Below, one piece after another: positions 27,920-38,500 of a stretch of DNA of 64,000 bases; position 1 is the stretch's first letter; each line of letters opens with the position of its first letter. The notes beneath the pieces were generated by a model. That model saw only the letters and a list, made by a program, of their open reading frames with translations, made no database searches and was not told the origin of the DNA. The stretch spans positions 17,924-81,923 of the forward strand of contig CAJQHO010000001.1 of assembly GCA_905478185.1 (NCBI GenBank), written 5' to 3'. This DNA is from an uncultured Flavobacteriales bacterium. Lineage in GTDB: Bacteria; Bacteroidota; Bacteroidia; Flavobacteriales; BACL11. Both the position numbers and the translations under genes were made by a program.

Positions 27920-29745
27920 GAAAGCATAAAGGTAGGCATAAAGTAGTTGTAGGAATTATTATGCTGATTGCTTTTATCTTTTTATCCAAACTTTTTTACA
28001 TTCAAGTCATTAATGAAAATTACACATTCTCAGCTAATAATAATGTTTTGCGGTATGATGTTCAAAATGCTGTAAGAGGGCTTATTTATGATAGAGACAG
28101 TGTTTTAATTGTAGCAAATGTACCTGCTTATGATTTAATGATTGTACCAAAAGATCTTGATGACAGAACTATTGATACTTTAAAATTCTGTGCTTTGGTT
28201 GGTATCACTAAAGAAGATTTTTTAGAAAAATACAAAAAAGCTGCTGATTACTCCAAATACAAAGAAAGTGTTTTTATCAAACATATTAATAAAGAAAACT
28301 CAAGCACACTTGGGGAGAGCCTTTATGAATTTCATGGGTTTTACTTAAGAAAACTGACTATGCGTGAGTATCCCACCAACTCAGCTACACACCTGGTAGG
28401 ATACCTAGGAGAGGTAAATAGAACTAAAGCTAAAACCAATCCTTTTTACACCAAAGGTGATTTGAATGGAGTAAGTGGAATTGAAGCAGCTTATGAAGAG
28501 GAATTGAGAGGAGAGAAAGGAATGGCAATAAAGTTAGTGGATGTTCATAATAGAGATCAAGGTAAATTTCAGGATGGGAAGTTTGATACACTACCAATTG
28601 CAGGAAACTCACTAAAATCAACTATTGATATTGAACTGCAAAAATATGGAGAGAAGCTCATGCAAAATAAAATTGGCGCAATAGTTGCAATTGAACCGTC
28701 AACTGGTGAGATTTTATCTTTAATATCAGCTCCTACTTATAACCCTAATTTACTTATTGGAAGGAAAAGATCAGAGAACTACAAGGTTCTATCAGAAGAT
28801 GAAAATAAACCTCTTTTTAATCGAGCATTACAAGGAACTTACCCTCCAGGCTCAACTTTTAAATTAATTAATGGGTTAATTGCTTTGCAAGAAAAGGGAA
28901 TTACTATTAACACTAATTTCAATTGCGCAGGAGATATGGGTTATACTTTTGGAATAAAGGGAAGGTTTGTAGGTTGTCATCCTCATACCACACCCTTAAG
29001 TTTAAAAAAGGGGATTGAGATATCTTGTAATGCTTATTTCTGTGGAGCTTATGATAAATATTTTAGTAAATTTAATTCTACTGTTGAGGCTTATGACAAT
29101 TGGCACTCCCATGTTTCTAGTTTCGGAATTGGGAATTATATGAATAATGACTTTATTTCTGGGTCGCCTGGAAAGTTGCCAAAATCATCCTATTTTAAAA
29201 AACTTTATAGAGGAAGTTGGAATGCAAATACTGTTATCTCAATGGCAATTGGGCAAGGGGAATTACTACTTACACCAATACAAATGGCAAACATGACGGC
29301 TATTATCGCTAATAGAGGATTTTACTATACACCTCACATTATAAAAGAAATATCTGGACAAGAAAATATTGACACTAACTTTACAAAAAAGAAATATTGC
29401 ACCATAGAAGCAAAATATTTTGAACCAATAATTGATGGGATGCTAAAAGTTACAACGGGGGAAGATGGTACGGCTCAAAATAGTCAAATTGCAAACCTTG
29501 ACATATGTGGGAAAACAGGAACAGCTGAAAATCCACATGGAGAAGATCATTCAATTTTTATTGCTTTTGCTCCAAAAGATAACCCAAAGATAGCTATTTC
29601 AGTTTATGTTGAAAATGGAGGCTGGGGTTCTACTTGGGCAGCTCCAATCGCATCATTGATGATTGATAAATATATCAATAAGAATATTTCAAACAGCCAT
29701 CAAGAGAAGTTTATACTAGACGGAAATCTAATTGCGGAAGATTAA
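27916..29745 (+). CDS. mrdA: Penicillin-binding protein 2 (elongasome transpeptidase)
   Basis: Transpeptidase motifs STFK, SCN and KTGT. 609 aa with an N-terminal TM anchor. Confidence 0.9.
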   Translation: MRKHKGRHKVVVGIIMLIAFIFLSKLFYIQVINENYTFSANNNVLRYDVQNAVRGLIYDRDSVLIVANVPAYDLMIVPKDLDDRTIDTLKFCALVGITKEDFLEKYKKAADYSKYKESVFIKHINKENSSTLGESLYEFHGFYLRKLTMREYPTNSATHLVGYLGEVNRTKAKTNPFYTKGDLNGVSGIEAAYEEELRGEKGMAIKLVDVHNRDQGKFQDGKFDTLPIAGNSLKSTIDIELQKYGEKLMQNKIGAIVAIEPSTGEILSLISAPTYNPNLLIGRKRSENYKVLSEDENKPLFNRALQGTYPPGSTFKLINGLIALQEKGITINTNFNCAGDMGYTFGIKGRFVGCHPHTTPLSLKKGIEISCNAYFCGAYDKYFSKFNSTVEAYDNWHSHVSSFGIGNYMNNDFISGSPGKLPKSSYFKKLYRGSWNANTVISMAIGQGELLLTPIQMANMTAIIANRGFYYTPHIIKEISGQENIDTNFTKKKYCTIEAKYFEPIIDGMLKVTTGEDGTAQNSQIANLDICGKTGTAENPHGEDHSIFIAFAPKDNPKIAISVYVENGGWGSTWAAPIASLMIDKYINKNISNSHQEKFILDGNLIAED

Positions 29746-31008
29746 ATGAGAAGCGCAAAAAATATATTTGACAATATTGATAATGTAAGCATCTTACTTT
29801 ATGGAATCCTAGTGTTTCTTGGTATTGTTAATATTTACGCTTCACAATATAATGCTGATACTTCATTTGCTTTTGACCTTTCAAGTAGGTACGGAAAACA
29901 AATTCTATTTGCTGGAGTTGCCGCATTCATTGCTTTTTTAATAGTTATAATTGATTGGAAATTTTTCTACTCTCTAACTTATTTGCTTTATGCAGTTGTA
30001 ATCCTACTACTGATAGGGGTGCTTTTTCGGGGCGCAATGACAGGTGGGGCAACATCTTGGTTTGAATTAGGGCCTTTTAAATTTCAACCTTCTGAATTTG
30101 CAAAATTTGCCACAGCATTAGCTGTAGCAAAGTATTACAATAACATTCATAGCAAGTACATTTCCTTGCAGGATAAATTGAAAACTTATGGAATAATTTT
30201 ACTTCCATTTTTACTGATTATATTACAAAATGATTTAGGAACTGCATTAGTTTATGCTTCTTTTGTATTAGTATTATACAGAGAAGGATTGTCAGGAAAC
30301 ATACTTATATTTGGATTAATTGTTGGTGTTTTATTTGTTCTTTCTTTACTATTAGATCAAATTTTACTCGTGAGTATTTTAAGCGGAATTGCTTTTATTA
30401 TTTTCCTAATTTCAAGAAAAAGAAAGAAAGAAATAATTGCACTTGGTGGAATTCTAATAGCTTCAATGGCATTTGTTTTAAGTGTGAATTATATGTTTGA
30501 TAACTTCCTGGCTCCTCATCACAAGGTGAGAATTGAGATATTGTTAGGGAAGAAAATTGATGCTCATGGTGCTGGTTACAACTTAATACAATCCAAAATT
30601 GCTATTGGAAGTGGAGGATTGTCTGGTAAAGGATTTTTAAACGGAACTCAAACTCGATTTGATTTTGTACCTGAACAAAGTACTGACTTTATCTTTTGTA
30701 CAATAGGTGAAGAATGGGGTTTTATTGGGAGTCTGTTTTTTGTATCGGTATTTATAGGACTTTTATTACGAATACTTTTTTTAGCTGAAAGGCAAAGATC
30801 AAACTTTAGCAGAATCTATGGATATAGTGTTGCTACTATCCTATTTATGCACTTTTTAATAAACATAGGAATGACAATTGGTTTAGTACCAGTAATTGGG
30901 ATTCCTCTTCCCTTTATTAGTTATGGGGGGTCTTCAATTGTAGGTTTTACTATCTTACTTTTCATTTTCTTAAATCTTGATTCCTACCGCTTACAGATTT
31001 TAAGATAA
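29746..31008 (+). CDS. rodA: Peptidoglycan glycosyltransferase RodA (SEDS family)
   Basis: 420 aa polytopic FtsW/RodA/SpoVE-type protein with a C-terminal GIPLPFISYGGSS motif. Confidence 0.9.
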   Translation: MRSAKNIFDNIDNVSILLYGILVFLGIVNIYASQYNADTSFAFDLSSRYGKQILFAGVAAFIAFLIVIIDWKFFYSLTYLLYAVVILLLIGVLFRGAMTGGATSWFELGPFKFQPSEFAKFATALAVAKYYNNIHSKYISLQDKLKTYGIILLPFLLIILQNDLGTALVYASFVLVLYREGLSGNILIFGLIVGVLFVLSLLLDQILLVSILSGIAFIIFLISRKRKKEIIALGGILIASMAFVLSVNYMFDNFLAPHHKVRIEILLGKKIDAHGAGYNLIQSKIAIGSGGLSGKGFLNGTQTRFDFVPEQSTDFIFCTIGEEWGFIGSLFFVSVFIGLLLRILFLAERQRSNFSRIYGYSVATILFMHFLINIGMTIGLVPVIGIPLPFISYGGSSIVGFTILLFIFLNLDSYRLQILR

Positions 31009-31014
31009 AAAAAA

Positions 31015-31036
31015 TGCCCATCATTTCTGATAGGCA
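31015..31036 (-). terminator. Rho-independent terminator-like hairpin downstream of the ppiD-like gene
   Basis: TGCCCATCA-TTTC-TGATAGGCA (9-bp stem, one mismatch). The A8 run at 31007-31014 reads as a T8 run after the hairpin on the minus strand. It lies between the convergent rodA and ppiD-like genes. Confidence 0.5.
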
Positions 31037-31058
31037 CTCTTAACATTTCGTTTAAATT

Positions 31059-33161
31059 TTAGTAGAAGTCTGATCTGTTATCTTGAACATTAGCTGTTTC
31101 CTTTAATGCATTATAAGATTGTCCATTAGCAGCAGAACTTGCTTGATTTACAATATTAGTTTTTTGTTGAGAGAAATTACCTTCTAATTTCTCATCATCA
31201 ATAGCAATTACTTCAACAACATATACTGCATTATTACCAGTAATTGGAGCTGAAATTGAATTCACATCAGTTCCAAAAATACTACCAACTAACTCTGGCT
31301 CATACCCAATTCCTTGTACACTCAAATTAGCCATAGTAGCTTTTTGAGCACTAACTACAGTAGTTGAATTACTAGATGCAATTGATGCTAAATCATTAGT
31401 TACAGTAATACTTTCAGCAATTTTATTAGCTTTCTTTTCTTTTATAACTAAAGCAGAAATCTGCTCTTTAATATCTTCTAATTCTGTAGTTCCTTCTTCA
31501 TATTCTTTAGTTAAATAAGCTACTACATAAGAGTTTTCAAATTGAAATACTTCAGAAACACTTCCAGCCTCATTAGTATTCATCCATCTTACCATTTCTC
31601 TTGAATTTGGCAAACCAACAATTGCTTGTTTATCAGAAGTTACTTTACTATCGCTTCTTTTAACTAAATTATTTTCAGCGATTAAGGAGTCAAAAGCAAT
31701 ACCTTCATTTAAAATTTTACCAGCAAATTGAGCTGCTTGAGAATAGTAAGTGTTAAAAGTTTCTGTACTTGGCTCAACTACTCTATCAATATAAGCAATT
31801 TTAACTTTCTTTACTTCTCTACTTGTTTTTGTTACTTCAATTAAATGCACACCAAATTGAGAAGTTACTACAGATAGATCACCTCTATTAGATGTAAAAC
31901 ATGCTTCATTAAATTCATCTACCATTGCTCCTTCTGAAAACCAACCTAAATCACCACCTTTAATAGCTGAACCTTTATCTTCTGAATTCTTTTGAGCTAA
32001 ATCAGCAAAATCTGCTCCCCCTTCAATAGCTAATTTTAAAGCATCTATCTTTTTATTTACTGAATCCATACTCATAGTTTGAGTTGGCTTAATTAAGATA
32101 TGTCTTGCTTCAACAGAATCTGCTCTGTTTTGAACAGCAGCTAATTTTGCAATTCTGTAAACACCTTGGCTAGCTTGATAAGGACCGTAAACAGTACCTT
32201 CCTTTGCATTAAAAATTTCTTTCCAATTTTGATCTTGTAATCCATCTTCAGTAGTAAAAATGAATCTTGAATTTGTATTGTCAGAATTTCTTCTTGCCAT
32301 CAATTCATAATCTTCAAAAATTTCAAAATCAGCAACTAAATCAGTAATTTCAGCTTTAGTAGTCGCATCATCTTCTACTGATGGAACAACTGAATACACT
32401 ACAAAATCAACATCTTTTGATGCATCTTGAGTGTAATCATCTTTATGGTTATTATAATAAGTATTAAGCTCACTTTCTGTTGGCTCAACATCTGCATCAT
32501 CAATTGAAGTAAATGGAATTGCAACATAATTGAAAGTTACATTTTGGCTATTCGAGTTGAAATCAATTCTTGCTTCTTCATCAGTAACATACATAGCTTT
32601 ATTTACCAATGCATTGTACTTTGAAGTTTTTATCAAACCAATAAGATATTTTTGGAATCCAATCCATCTTGTACGAGCATCACCCGTTTGATCTTGATCA
32701 ATTTGCTTTAAATACCCAAGAACTTTAGTTCTATCAAACTGTCCTGTTGCAGGATCCTGAAAAGCAGGAACCTTTGCAATTTCAGTATGCACATTTGCAC
32801 CTTGTAAAAGCTCAAAAAACTCATCATCAGAAACATCAATTCCTAATTTCTCAAACTCATTTTCCATAATTAACTCTCTAACATACTGATCCCAAATTTG
32901 CGATCTAATTTGAGCTGTAGTTGTTTGATTAAGTACACTCTGTGGGTTTTGAGATTGCCAGTTGTTAATTCCTTCTTCAACTTTCACTTCATAAGCTTGG
33001 CGCATTACATCTTCCCCTAGCACTTCCCCAACATATATGCTGCCACCACCGCCAGAACCTAGCGATGACATAAAGTCACCACCTATAAAAGCTAACATTC
33101 CTACTCCAATAACAACTAATAATAATCCTGATCTATTTCTAATTCTTCCTAATGTTGCCAT
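31059..33161 (-). CDS. Periplasmic chaperone / peptidyl-prolyl isomerase, PpiD/SurA-like
   Basis: 700 aa with an N-terminal TM anchor and a parvulin domain (ARHILIK...GGDLGWFSEGAMVDEFNEA). Confidence 0.8.
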   Translation of the reverse strand: MATLGRIRNRSGLLLVVIGVGMLAFIGGDFMSSLGSGGGGSIYVGEVLGEDVMRQAYEVKVEEGINNWQSQNPQSVLNQTTTAQIRSQIWDQYVRELIMENEFEKLGIDVSDDEFFELLQGANVHTEIAKVPAFQDPATGQFDRTKVLGYLKQIDQDQTGDARTRWIGFQKYLIGLIKTSKYNALVNKAMYVTDEEARIDFNSNSQNVTFNYVAIPFTSIDDADVEPTESELNTYYNNHKDDYTQDASKDVDFVVYSVVPSVEDDATTKAEITDLVADFEIFEDYELMARRNSDNTNSRFIFTTEDGLQDQNWKEIFNAKEGTVYGPYQASQGVYRIAKLAAVQNRADSVEARHILIKPTQTMSMDSVNKKIDALKLAIEGGADFADLAQKNSEDKGSAIKGGDLGWFSEGAMVDEFNEACFTSNRGDLSVVTSQFGVHLIEVTKTSREVKKVKIAYIDRVVEPSTETFNTYYSQAAQFAGKILNEGIAFDSLIAENNLVKRSDSKVTSDKQAIVGLPNSREMVRWMNTNEAGSVSEVFQFENSYVVAYLTKEYEEGTTELEDIKEQISALVIKEKKANKIAESITVTNDLASIASSNSTTVVSAQKATMANLSVQGIGYEPELVGSIFGTDVNSISAPITGNNAVYVVEVIAIDDEKLEGNFSQQKTNIVNQASSAANGQSYNALKETANVQDNRSDFY

Positions 33162-33240
33162 TTGTTTGTTTTGATTTATTTAAAGGTTGCGAATATACAA
33201 TTGTTATTTAAGATATTAAAATTTCATTAATTTGAAATTC

Positions 33241-34491
33241 TTATCTAGTAATAAGCTCTAATTGTACTTCTTGTATAGTAGTTTCATTTACTTTTATGAT
33301 GGTAAATTCGTATTCCTCAAGCTCAATTACATCATTAATTGTAGGGATTTCTTCAAAATGATGTAATAGCAAACCAGCTATTGTTTCGTATTCATCTGAT
33401 TCTGGGAGTTCTAAATTGTATTTCTTATTTACCATCTCCACATCAATTTTAGCCAGTAATCTATAACTATTTTTAGACAGCTGTTCATCTGTCAATTCTT
33501 CAATATCATGTTCATCAACTATTTCTCCTACAATCTCTTCAGTAACATCTTCTATTGTAATCATTCCTGAAGTTCCTCCAAATTCATCAACAACTAAGGC
33601 AACACCTTTATTGTTTTCAATAAACTGATTAAGCATATCCATAGCTAACATGCTTTCTGGGACAAAAGAAATAGGAAGCAAAACAGACTTCACATTTTTA
33701 GGATTTTTAAATAAATCAGAAGAATGGACATAGCCAATCACTCTATCAATAGTTCCTTTATAAATTAGTAATTTAGATAGCTTTGTTTTAATAAATTTCT
33801 CTTTTACATCATCAATAGTAGATAAAACATCCATAGCTATAATATCAGTTCTTGGGACCATACATTCCCTTACTTTTTTATCAGTTAAATCTAGTGCATT
33901 TTGTAACATTTCAACTTCTACTCTTGTATCCTCTACTCCTTCTGCTGACTTTACATTACTTAAAAAATCATCTAAATCCGTTTTTCCAAAAACTTGTTTA
34001 TCATTAGATATTTTCTGATTTAAAACATATTTCAAAATTAAATTTGCTAAATTTAACATTAACAATGCTAAAGGTCTAAACATTACAAAAAACAACCAAA
34101 TTGGTAACGAAAATACCTTAAGTATCTGATTAGGGAAAATTCTGAAAATTGCTTTCGGTAAGAATTCAGCAGTAATTAAAACAATCATAGTTGTAATGAA
34201 AGTTTGTACTAGTAGGAGTATTAATGCTGAATTAAAATAACCAGAAAATTGTGGTGTAAGAATTTGAGTCATAACAATACCGTAAACTACCAAAGCGATA
34301 TTATTTCCTACCAACATAGTAGTAATGAAATCAGATTCATTCTTAGTGAAATACGTAATTATTTTAGATGGGAATTTCCCAGTATTTTTATCTAACTCTA
34401 ATTGCAATTTATTAGCTGAAATAAAAGCAATTTCAACTCCTGAAAAAAAAGCAGAAAAAAGTAAAGAGATAATAGCAACTGTAATTAGCAT
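33241..34491 (-). CDS. CNNM/HlyC-type membrane protein (DUF21 + CBS pair + CorC_HlyC)
   Basis: 416 aa with an N-terminal 4-TM DUF21-like region, a CBS pair and a C-terminal CorC/HlyC-like domain. Confidence 0.85.
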   Translation of the reverse strand: MLITVAIISLLFSAFFSGVEIAFISANKLQLELDKNTGKFPSKIITYFTKNESDFITTMLVGNNIALVVYGIVMTQILTPQFSGYFNSALILLLVQTFITTMIVLITAEFLPKAIFRIFPNQILKVFSLPIWLFFVMFRPLALLMLNLANLILKYVLNQKISNDKQVFGKTDLDDFLSNVKSAEGVEDTRVEVEMLQNALDLTDKKVRECMVPRTDIIAMDVLSTIDDVKEKFIKTKLSKLLIYKGTIDRVIGYVHSSDLFKNPKNVKSVLLPISFVPESMLAMDMLNQFIENNKGVALVVDEFGGTSGMITIEDVTEEIVGEIVDEHDIEELTDEQLSKNSYRLLAKIDVEMVNKKYNLELPESDEYETIAGLLLHHFEEIPTINDVIELEEYEFTIIKVNETTIQEVQLELITR

Positions 34492-34510
34492 AATGTAAAA
34501 ATACTAAAGA

Positions 34511-35044
34511 TTATTCGTTTGGAGTTTCAAAATTGAAAGTTCCATGTATTTTAAAAATTGAATATTCAGTAAAGTCAGGGTTAGAAACAAAACCTTCACC
34601 TTCTATCACTTCTTTTCCTGTAGTTATTTTCACTTTTTTATCAGTATAAATCTTAGTATTCTTTTCGTCCCAAATCAATTCCTCTGACTCCAACTTTTTT
34701 CCTGCTATATTTGTTAAAATAACATTTTCTTTTGCTGTCATTAACTTTTTTTCGTCATTGATTTCAGCATATTCTGCTTTTAAAGTAGACTGAACCAAAG
34801 CAGAATCATTATAAAAATAAACTACTAGATGATTAGAGAAAACGAGTTGAGGTTGTTGGTTATGGAATCGTTCTATGGTAGTTGCAACAATCTTTACTTT
34901 TAGTTTTCCATTCTCAGTATGTAACATTTCAGCTCCTTCAATTTTTTCAATTGGCAAAACTTCAGATGAGACAAATTCCTGCACCAATTTAGGATCGTTT
35001 GAACACGAAACAAAAATAAGAACAAGAAAAAATAAAAAACGCAT
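34511..35044 (-). CDS. lptC: LPS export periplasmic protein LptC-like lipoprotein
   Basis: 177 aa. Lipobox LIFVSCS and a beta-jellyroll-like repetitive beta pattern typical of LptC/OstA-like proteins. Confidence 0.65.
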   Translation of the reverse strand: MRFLFFLVLIFVSCSNDPKLVQEFVSSEVLPIEKIEGAEMLHTENGKLKVKIVATTIERFHNQQPQLVFSNHLVVYFYNDSALVQSTLKAEYAEINDEKKLMTAKENVILTNIAGKKLESEELIWDEKNTKIYTDKKVKITTGKEVIEGEGFVSNPDFTEYSIFKIHGTFNFETPNE

Positions 35045-35053
35045 TTTTATGAT

Positions 35054-36352
35054 TTAATCACTAGTGCGAGCTGTAGTAGTTTTATTGATCCAGCAAGCTA
35101 CAGTATGTGGTTTCCCAGCTTCAAGTCCATTAAAGAAACAATTTTCTTTTGTAGGGAAATACTTAGAATATGTATTGATACTTTTACTTGCTCTATCACT
35201 AGTTTCTTCATCTGTACGAGCTTTTCTAAACGCATCAACAGCTACCCAATAAACAGTTGATTTATCAAAATCACTACCACAGTTTTTAGCACCAGCAATA
35301 TAGATATTTCCTAAATTCATATATGCTTCTCCCCATCCATTTCTAAGCTCCAACGCACTATATACTGCATTTCGTGCTGAAGCGTATGAACCACCATTAC
35401 GATAAGCATCTGCCAAACCTAAGTAGTAAATAGCTTTTTGATTTGCATCTTCTTCTAACTCAATTGCTTGTTTTGCAAAAGCAATTGCATTTGATGATTT
35501 TCCTTTAGCGATACTCATTTTTGACATTTGATCGGCTGATGCTGCTGAAGGTTCTAACTCATAAAATCTGCTTGAAGCACTGAAAAACAAATCAGAATCT
35601 GTACATTTTTTATTGTCTAATACTTTAATAATTCTTTTAAGTAAATTAACATCTTCAGTAGCTGGATCAAATTTTACTGAGAATAATGCAATCAAATCAT
35701 CACAATTTGCATAAGGAGTAAATAGTTCCTCAACTTTCTCAGAATATTTAACAAAGTGAACTGCCATTTTTGTTTCGTTAACAATATTGTAATCAATCAC
35801 CTCCGAAACAACTGAGTAAGCCTCAATTACATCAGACTTTGCTTTAACACCTGATTTTTCTAGATTTACAATTGCTTTCATATAACCAAAAACTGCTTGT
35901 ACGCTAGCGTTATTACCCTCCAATTCAATTGAACGTTTCAAATAACCTAATGCTTCCTCACTTCTGCTTTTATCAACCCCAATTAACTCATATCCTTTAA
36001 TTCCAAGCACGTATCCTTCCTTACCAAAATACTTAATTCTATCATCAAAAACCATCATTAAAGTATCAACATAAGCCGATTTATTTACTTTATCAGCTTT
36101 CATTTTAGCTTTTAAAATCTTAGGTGCATTCTTAAATATATTCCCACTTGACTCAGGGCAGTTCACATAAGCCCATCTCCAAGGGTTATAAGCATCATCA
36201 TAATTCTTTTGCTTGTAGTACTCTCTAAACATTGAAAGATTCTCTTTGCATTTTTGCTCATCTGCACCATATTTACTTTGAGCACCTAAACTAAAAACTG
36301 CTAAAATAGCAACAACTAAAACTAAAAACTTTTTCATAATTTTATTAATCAT
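35054..36352 (-). CDS. Secreted TPR-repeat protein, function unknown
   Basis: 432 aa with a signal peptide (VLVVAILAVFSLGAQS) and TPR-like A/Y/G-patterned helical repeats. Confidence 0.55.
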   Translation of the reverse strand: MINKIMKKFLVLVVAILAVFSLGAQSKYGADEQKCKENLSMFREYYKQKNYDDAYNPWRWAYVNCPESSGNIFKNAPKILKAKMKADKVNKSAYVDTLMMVFDDRIKYFGKEGYVLGIKGYELIGVDKSRSEEALGYLKRSIELEGNNASVQAVFGYMKAIVNLEKSGVKAKSDVIEAYSVVSEVIDYNIVNETKMAVHFVKYSEKVEELFTPYANCDDLIALFSVKFDPATEDVNLLKRIIKVLDNKKCTDSDLFFSASSRFYELEPSAASADQMSKMSIAKGKSSNAIAFAKQAIELEEDANQKAIYYLGLADAYRNGGSYASARNAVYSALELRNGWGEAYMNLGNIYIAGAKNCGSDFDKSTVYWVAVDAFRKARTDEETSDRASKSINTYSKYFPTKENCFFNGLEAGKPHTVACWINKTTTARTSD

Positions 36353-37598
36353 ATTTTCTTTTTACAAACCAAATTCCATCATAAGAAACACTTAAACCTA
36401 AACGAACAAATTGTTCTTTTATTAAATTATCATCAGTAATACCTCTTTTCCCTATAGTACAAGAAAAATCATATTTTGTTCTTGATTTTTTAACAGGTAT
36501 ACCAAAACCAAAACTAACACTCATTTCTTGTAATTGATTTCCATCAAAAAGCAAAGGAGTATTACTATAGGAACCTCCTAAACGGTAATCCATTCGCTTA
36601 TAATATTTTGTAATTGAATTAAAATCTGGAGTGAATTGCATACCTCCAGAAATTCTAGTGCTATTTGCTAAATCATCTGATTCATCCAATAAACTATAAT
36701 CAGACCAATTTTGAATGCTATAATCAGCAACAAAAAGCCATTTTTTCCCATTCCTGTAAGTTAAACCCCCACAAACATATTTAGGTAAGTTAACATCACC
36801 CCATTCTATCTTGTTCACAAAAGTATCTTTAGGTGTTTCAAAAAATCCAGAATACTCAAAAGACTCCACTAACTCAGTTCTCTTAGATCTAATTTTGGAA
36901 TCATTGTTAGTAGTAAAGCCGAAAGAAATTTGTTTTTCCTCTGAAATATTATGTTTATATAATAATCCTAATTCATAATAATACCCTTTTAGGTTTATAG
37001 TGCTATTTGCTCTACTATTCATAAAAGATTCATCATCAAAAATAAGTTGTTTTCTCCTGTTGAGTCCTCCAAAAAGATAAGAAGCTTTTAAGCCTATAGA
37101 GAAATTCTCAATAGGTTCATACGCACCTCCAAAATATATTTTACTAATTCCTCCATCACCAAAGTAATTCATATCAGCATTATAGTCTTCATCTCTAGCA
37201 TTTATTTCATAACCCACACTACTATAAGGCAACATTCCCATACTAGCTCCCCATTTTTCTGATAAAGGAAAACCTACAATAAGATGGCTAAAAGCATTAT
37301 TGTTTACCGTATGTTCTTCAGTTTTATTTTGCATTCTGGTAGTCTTGTGCCAACCACCAGTTGAAAATAGAAAAGAATTTGGCTTAAAAGAAGTAAAAGA
37401 GGCAGGGTTATTCGGATTTACAGTTGAACTGTTATTGAAAGCAGTTGAAGCTCCTCCAAAAGCTGAAAATTCAGGAAGAACATTTTCATGTAAATCACCT
37501 AAACCAAAACGAGAGTAAGGAGAACTAGTAGCAATTTGTGCAGAAGTTTGCAATGCTAAACCACTAATTATTACAACTAAACTAAATATTTTATTCAT
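36345..37598 (-). CDS. Predicted outer-membrane beta-barrel protein
   Basis: 417 aa with a signal peptide ending TSAQ, the N-terminal SPYSRFGLGDL motif, and alternating aromatic/Gly-rich beta-strand patterning throughout. Confidence 0.5.
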   Translation of the reverse strand: MNKIFSLVVIISGLALQTSAQIATSSPYSRFGLGDLHENVLPEFSAFGGASTAFNNSSTVNPNNPASFTSFKPNSFLFSTGGWHKTTRMQNKTEEHTVNNNAFSHLIVGFPLSEKWGASMGMLPYSSVGYEINARDEDYNADMNYFGDGGISKIYFGGAYEPIENFSIGLKASYLFGGLNRRKQLIFDDESFMNSRANSTINLKGYYYELGLLYKHNISEEKQISFGFTTNNDSKIRSKRTELVESFEYSGFFETPKDTFVNKIEWGDVNLPKYVCGGLTYRNGKKWLFVADYSIQNWSDYSLLDESDDLANSTRISGGMQFTPDFNSITKYYKRMDYRLGGSYSNTPLLFDGNQLQEMSVSFGFGIPVKKSRTKYDFSCTIGKRGITDDNLIKEQFVRLGLSVSYDGIWFVKRKYD

Positions 37599-38307
37599 TA
37601 TAATCTAAAATTTCATTCAACCCAATTAACACTAAATTAGGATTTGCAAATATGCTATTTTTTAATTCCTTTTCAAAGTAAAAACTATCCCCACCTGTAA
37701 AGACAAAAACAGTATCGGTATTTTGGCTTTTATACTCTGATATTATTGTTTTTACTTCAGCTAAAATTCCTTGCTGTACACCACTAATTATTGATGTTTT
37801 AGTATCATTACCAATAACTAATGTATTTTTTTCACTTTTAATTAACGGCAACTTATCCGTAAAAGTATGTAAAGCATTGTATCTCATTTCAATTCCAGGG
37901 GATATTCTACCACCTACATATTCTTTATCCGAATTTATAAAATCAATAGTTAAGCAAGTTCCCGCATCAAAAACTAAAACATCTTTTCCAGGATATAATA
38001 CAGAAGCGCCTACAACAGCAGCTAACCTATCTTTCCCTAAAGTAAGTGGAGTTTTATAATTATTTATGATTGGAAGTGGGGTTTTTTCCGACAATACGTC
38101 AGCAGAATACACCTCAACAATAGCTGATATTTCAGCATTAATCTCTTTTACTGACGAAAGAATTGATGAAGTTATTTTATAATTTTGGCCAAATAACTTC
38201 ACTTTACTAAGATCTAAATCAGGTAAAGTAGTATTCTTAACTAACTCTTTTCCATCAAACAGTGCAATTTTTGATGTTGTATTTCCTATGTCAATAATTA
38301 GTTTCAG
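37591..38307 (-). CDS. coaX: Type III pantothenate kinase CoaX (N-terminus extended beyond the track ORF; non-canonical start)
   Basis: The track ORF starts at an internal GTG (38202). The same frame stays open upstream and encodes LKLIIDIGNTTSKIALFDGKELV, i.e. the DIGNT phosphate-1 motif of the family. No ATG/GTG/TTG lies between the upstream stop (38340-38338) and that motif, and the CTG at 38307-38305 is the best candidate start. Confidence 0.8.
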   Translation of the reverse strand: MKLIIDIGNTTSKIALFDGKELVKNTTLPDLDLSKVKLFGQNYKITSSILSSVKEINAEISAIVEVYSADVLSEKTPLPIINNYKTPLTLGKDRLAAVVGASVLYPGKDVLVFDAGTCLTIDFINSDKEYVGGRISPGIEMRYNALHTFTDKLPLIKSEKNTLVIGNDTKTSIISGVQQGILAEVKTIISEYKSQNTDTVFVFTGGDSFYFEKELKNSIFANPNLVLIGLNEILDYNE

Positions 38308-38392
38308 AGAATGTGAATTTTTGTCAAAAATATAAAATTACAATGCGATATGATGATTTAGTCTAAAAATTTCTTCAACTAAAAAAAAGAAT

Positions 38393-38400
38393 TAAATTTG
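38393..38400 (+). promoter_or_regulatory. Bacteroidota-type -7 promoter box (TAnnTTTG) upstream of tRNA-Phe
   Basis: An exact TAAATTTG ends 15 nt before the mature tRNA 5' end. There is no convincing -33 TTTG partner. Confidence 0.35.
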
Positions 38401-38415
38401 CAGCCCAATTTAGTT

Positions 38416-38488
38416 GGTGCTATAGCTCAGTTGGTAGAGCAATGGACTGAAAATCCATGTGTCCCTAGTTCGAATCTTGGTAGCACCA
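38416..38488 (+). tRNA. tRNA-Phe (anticodon GAA)
   Basis: 73-nt cloverleaf folded by hand. Acceptor GGTGCTA/TAGCACC, D arm GCTC-AGTTGGTA-GAGC, anticodon arm ATGGA-CTGAAAA-TCCAT, variable loop GTGTC, T arm CCTAG-TTCGAAT-CTTGG (one T-T mismatch), discriminator A. CCA is not encoded. Confidence 0.93.
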
Positions 38489-38500
38489 CTTTTAAAAAAA

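Noticed and set aside
33241-34491. Naming the CNNM/CBS membrane protein gldE (gliding motility)
   Set aside because: The domain architecture fits GldE, but it also fits generic HlyC/CorC-family proteins. No gldD neighbour is present, so the specific name is unsupported.
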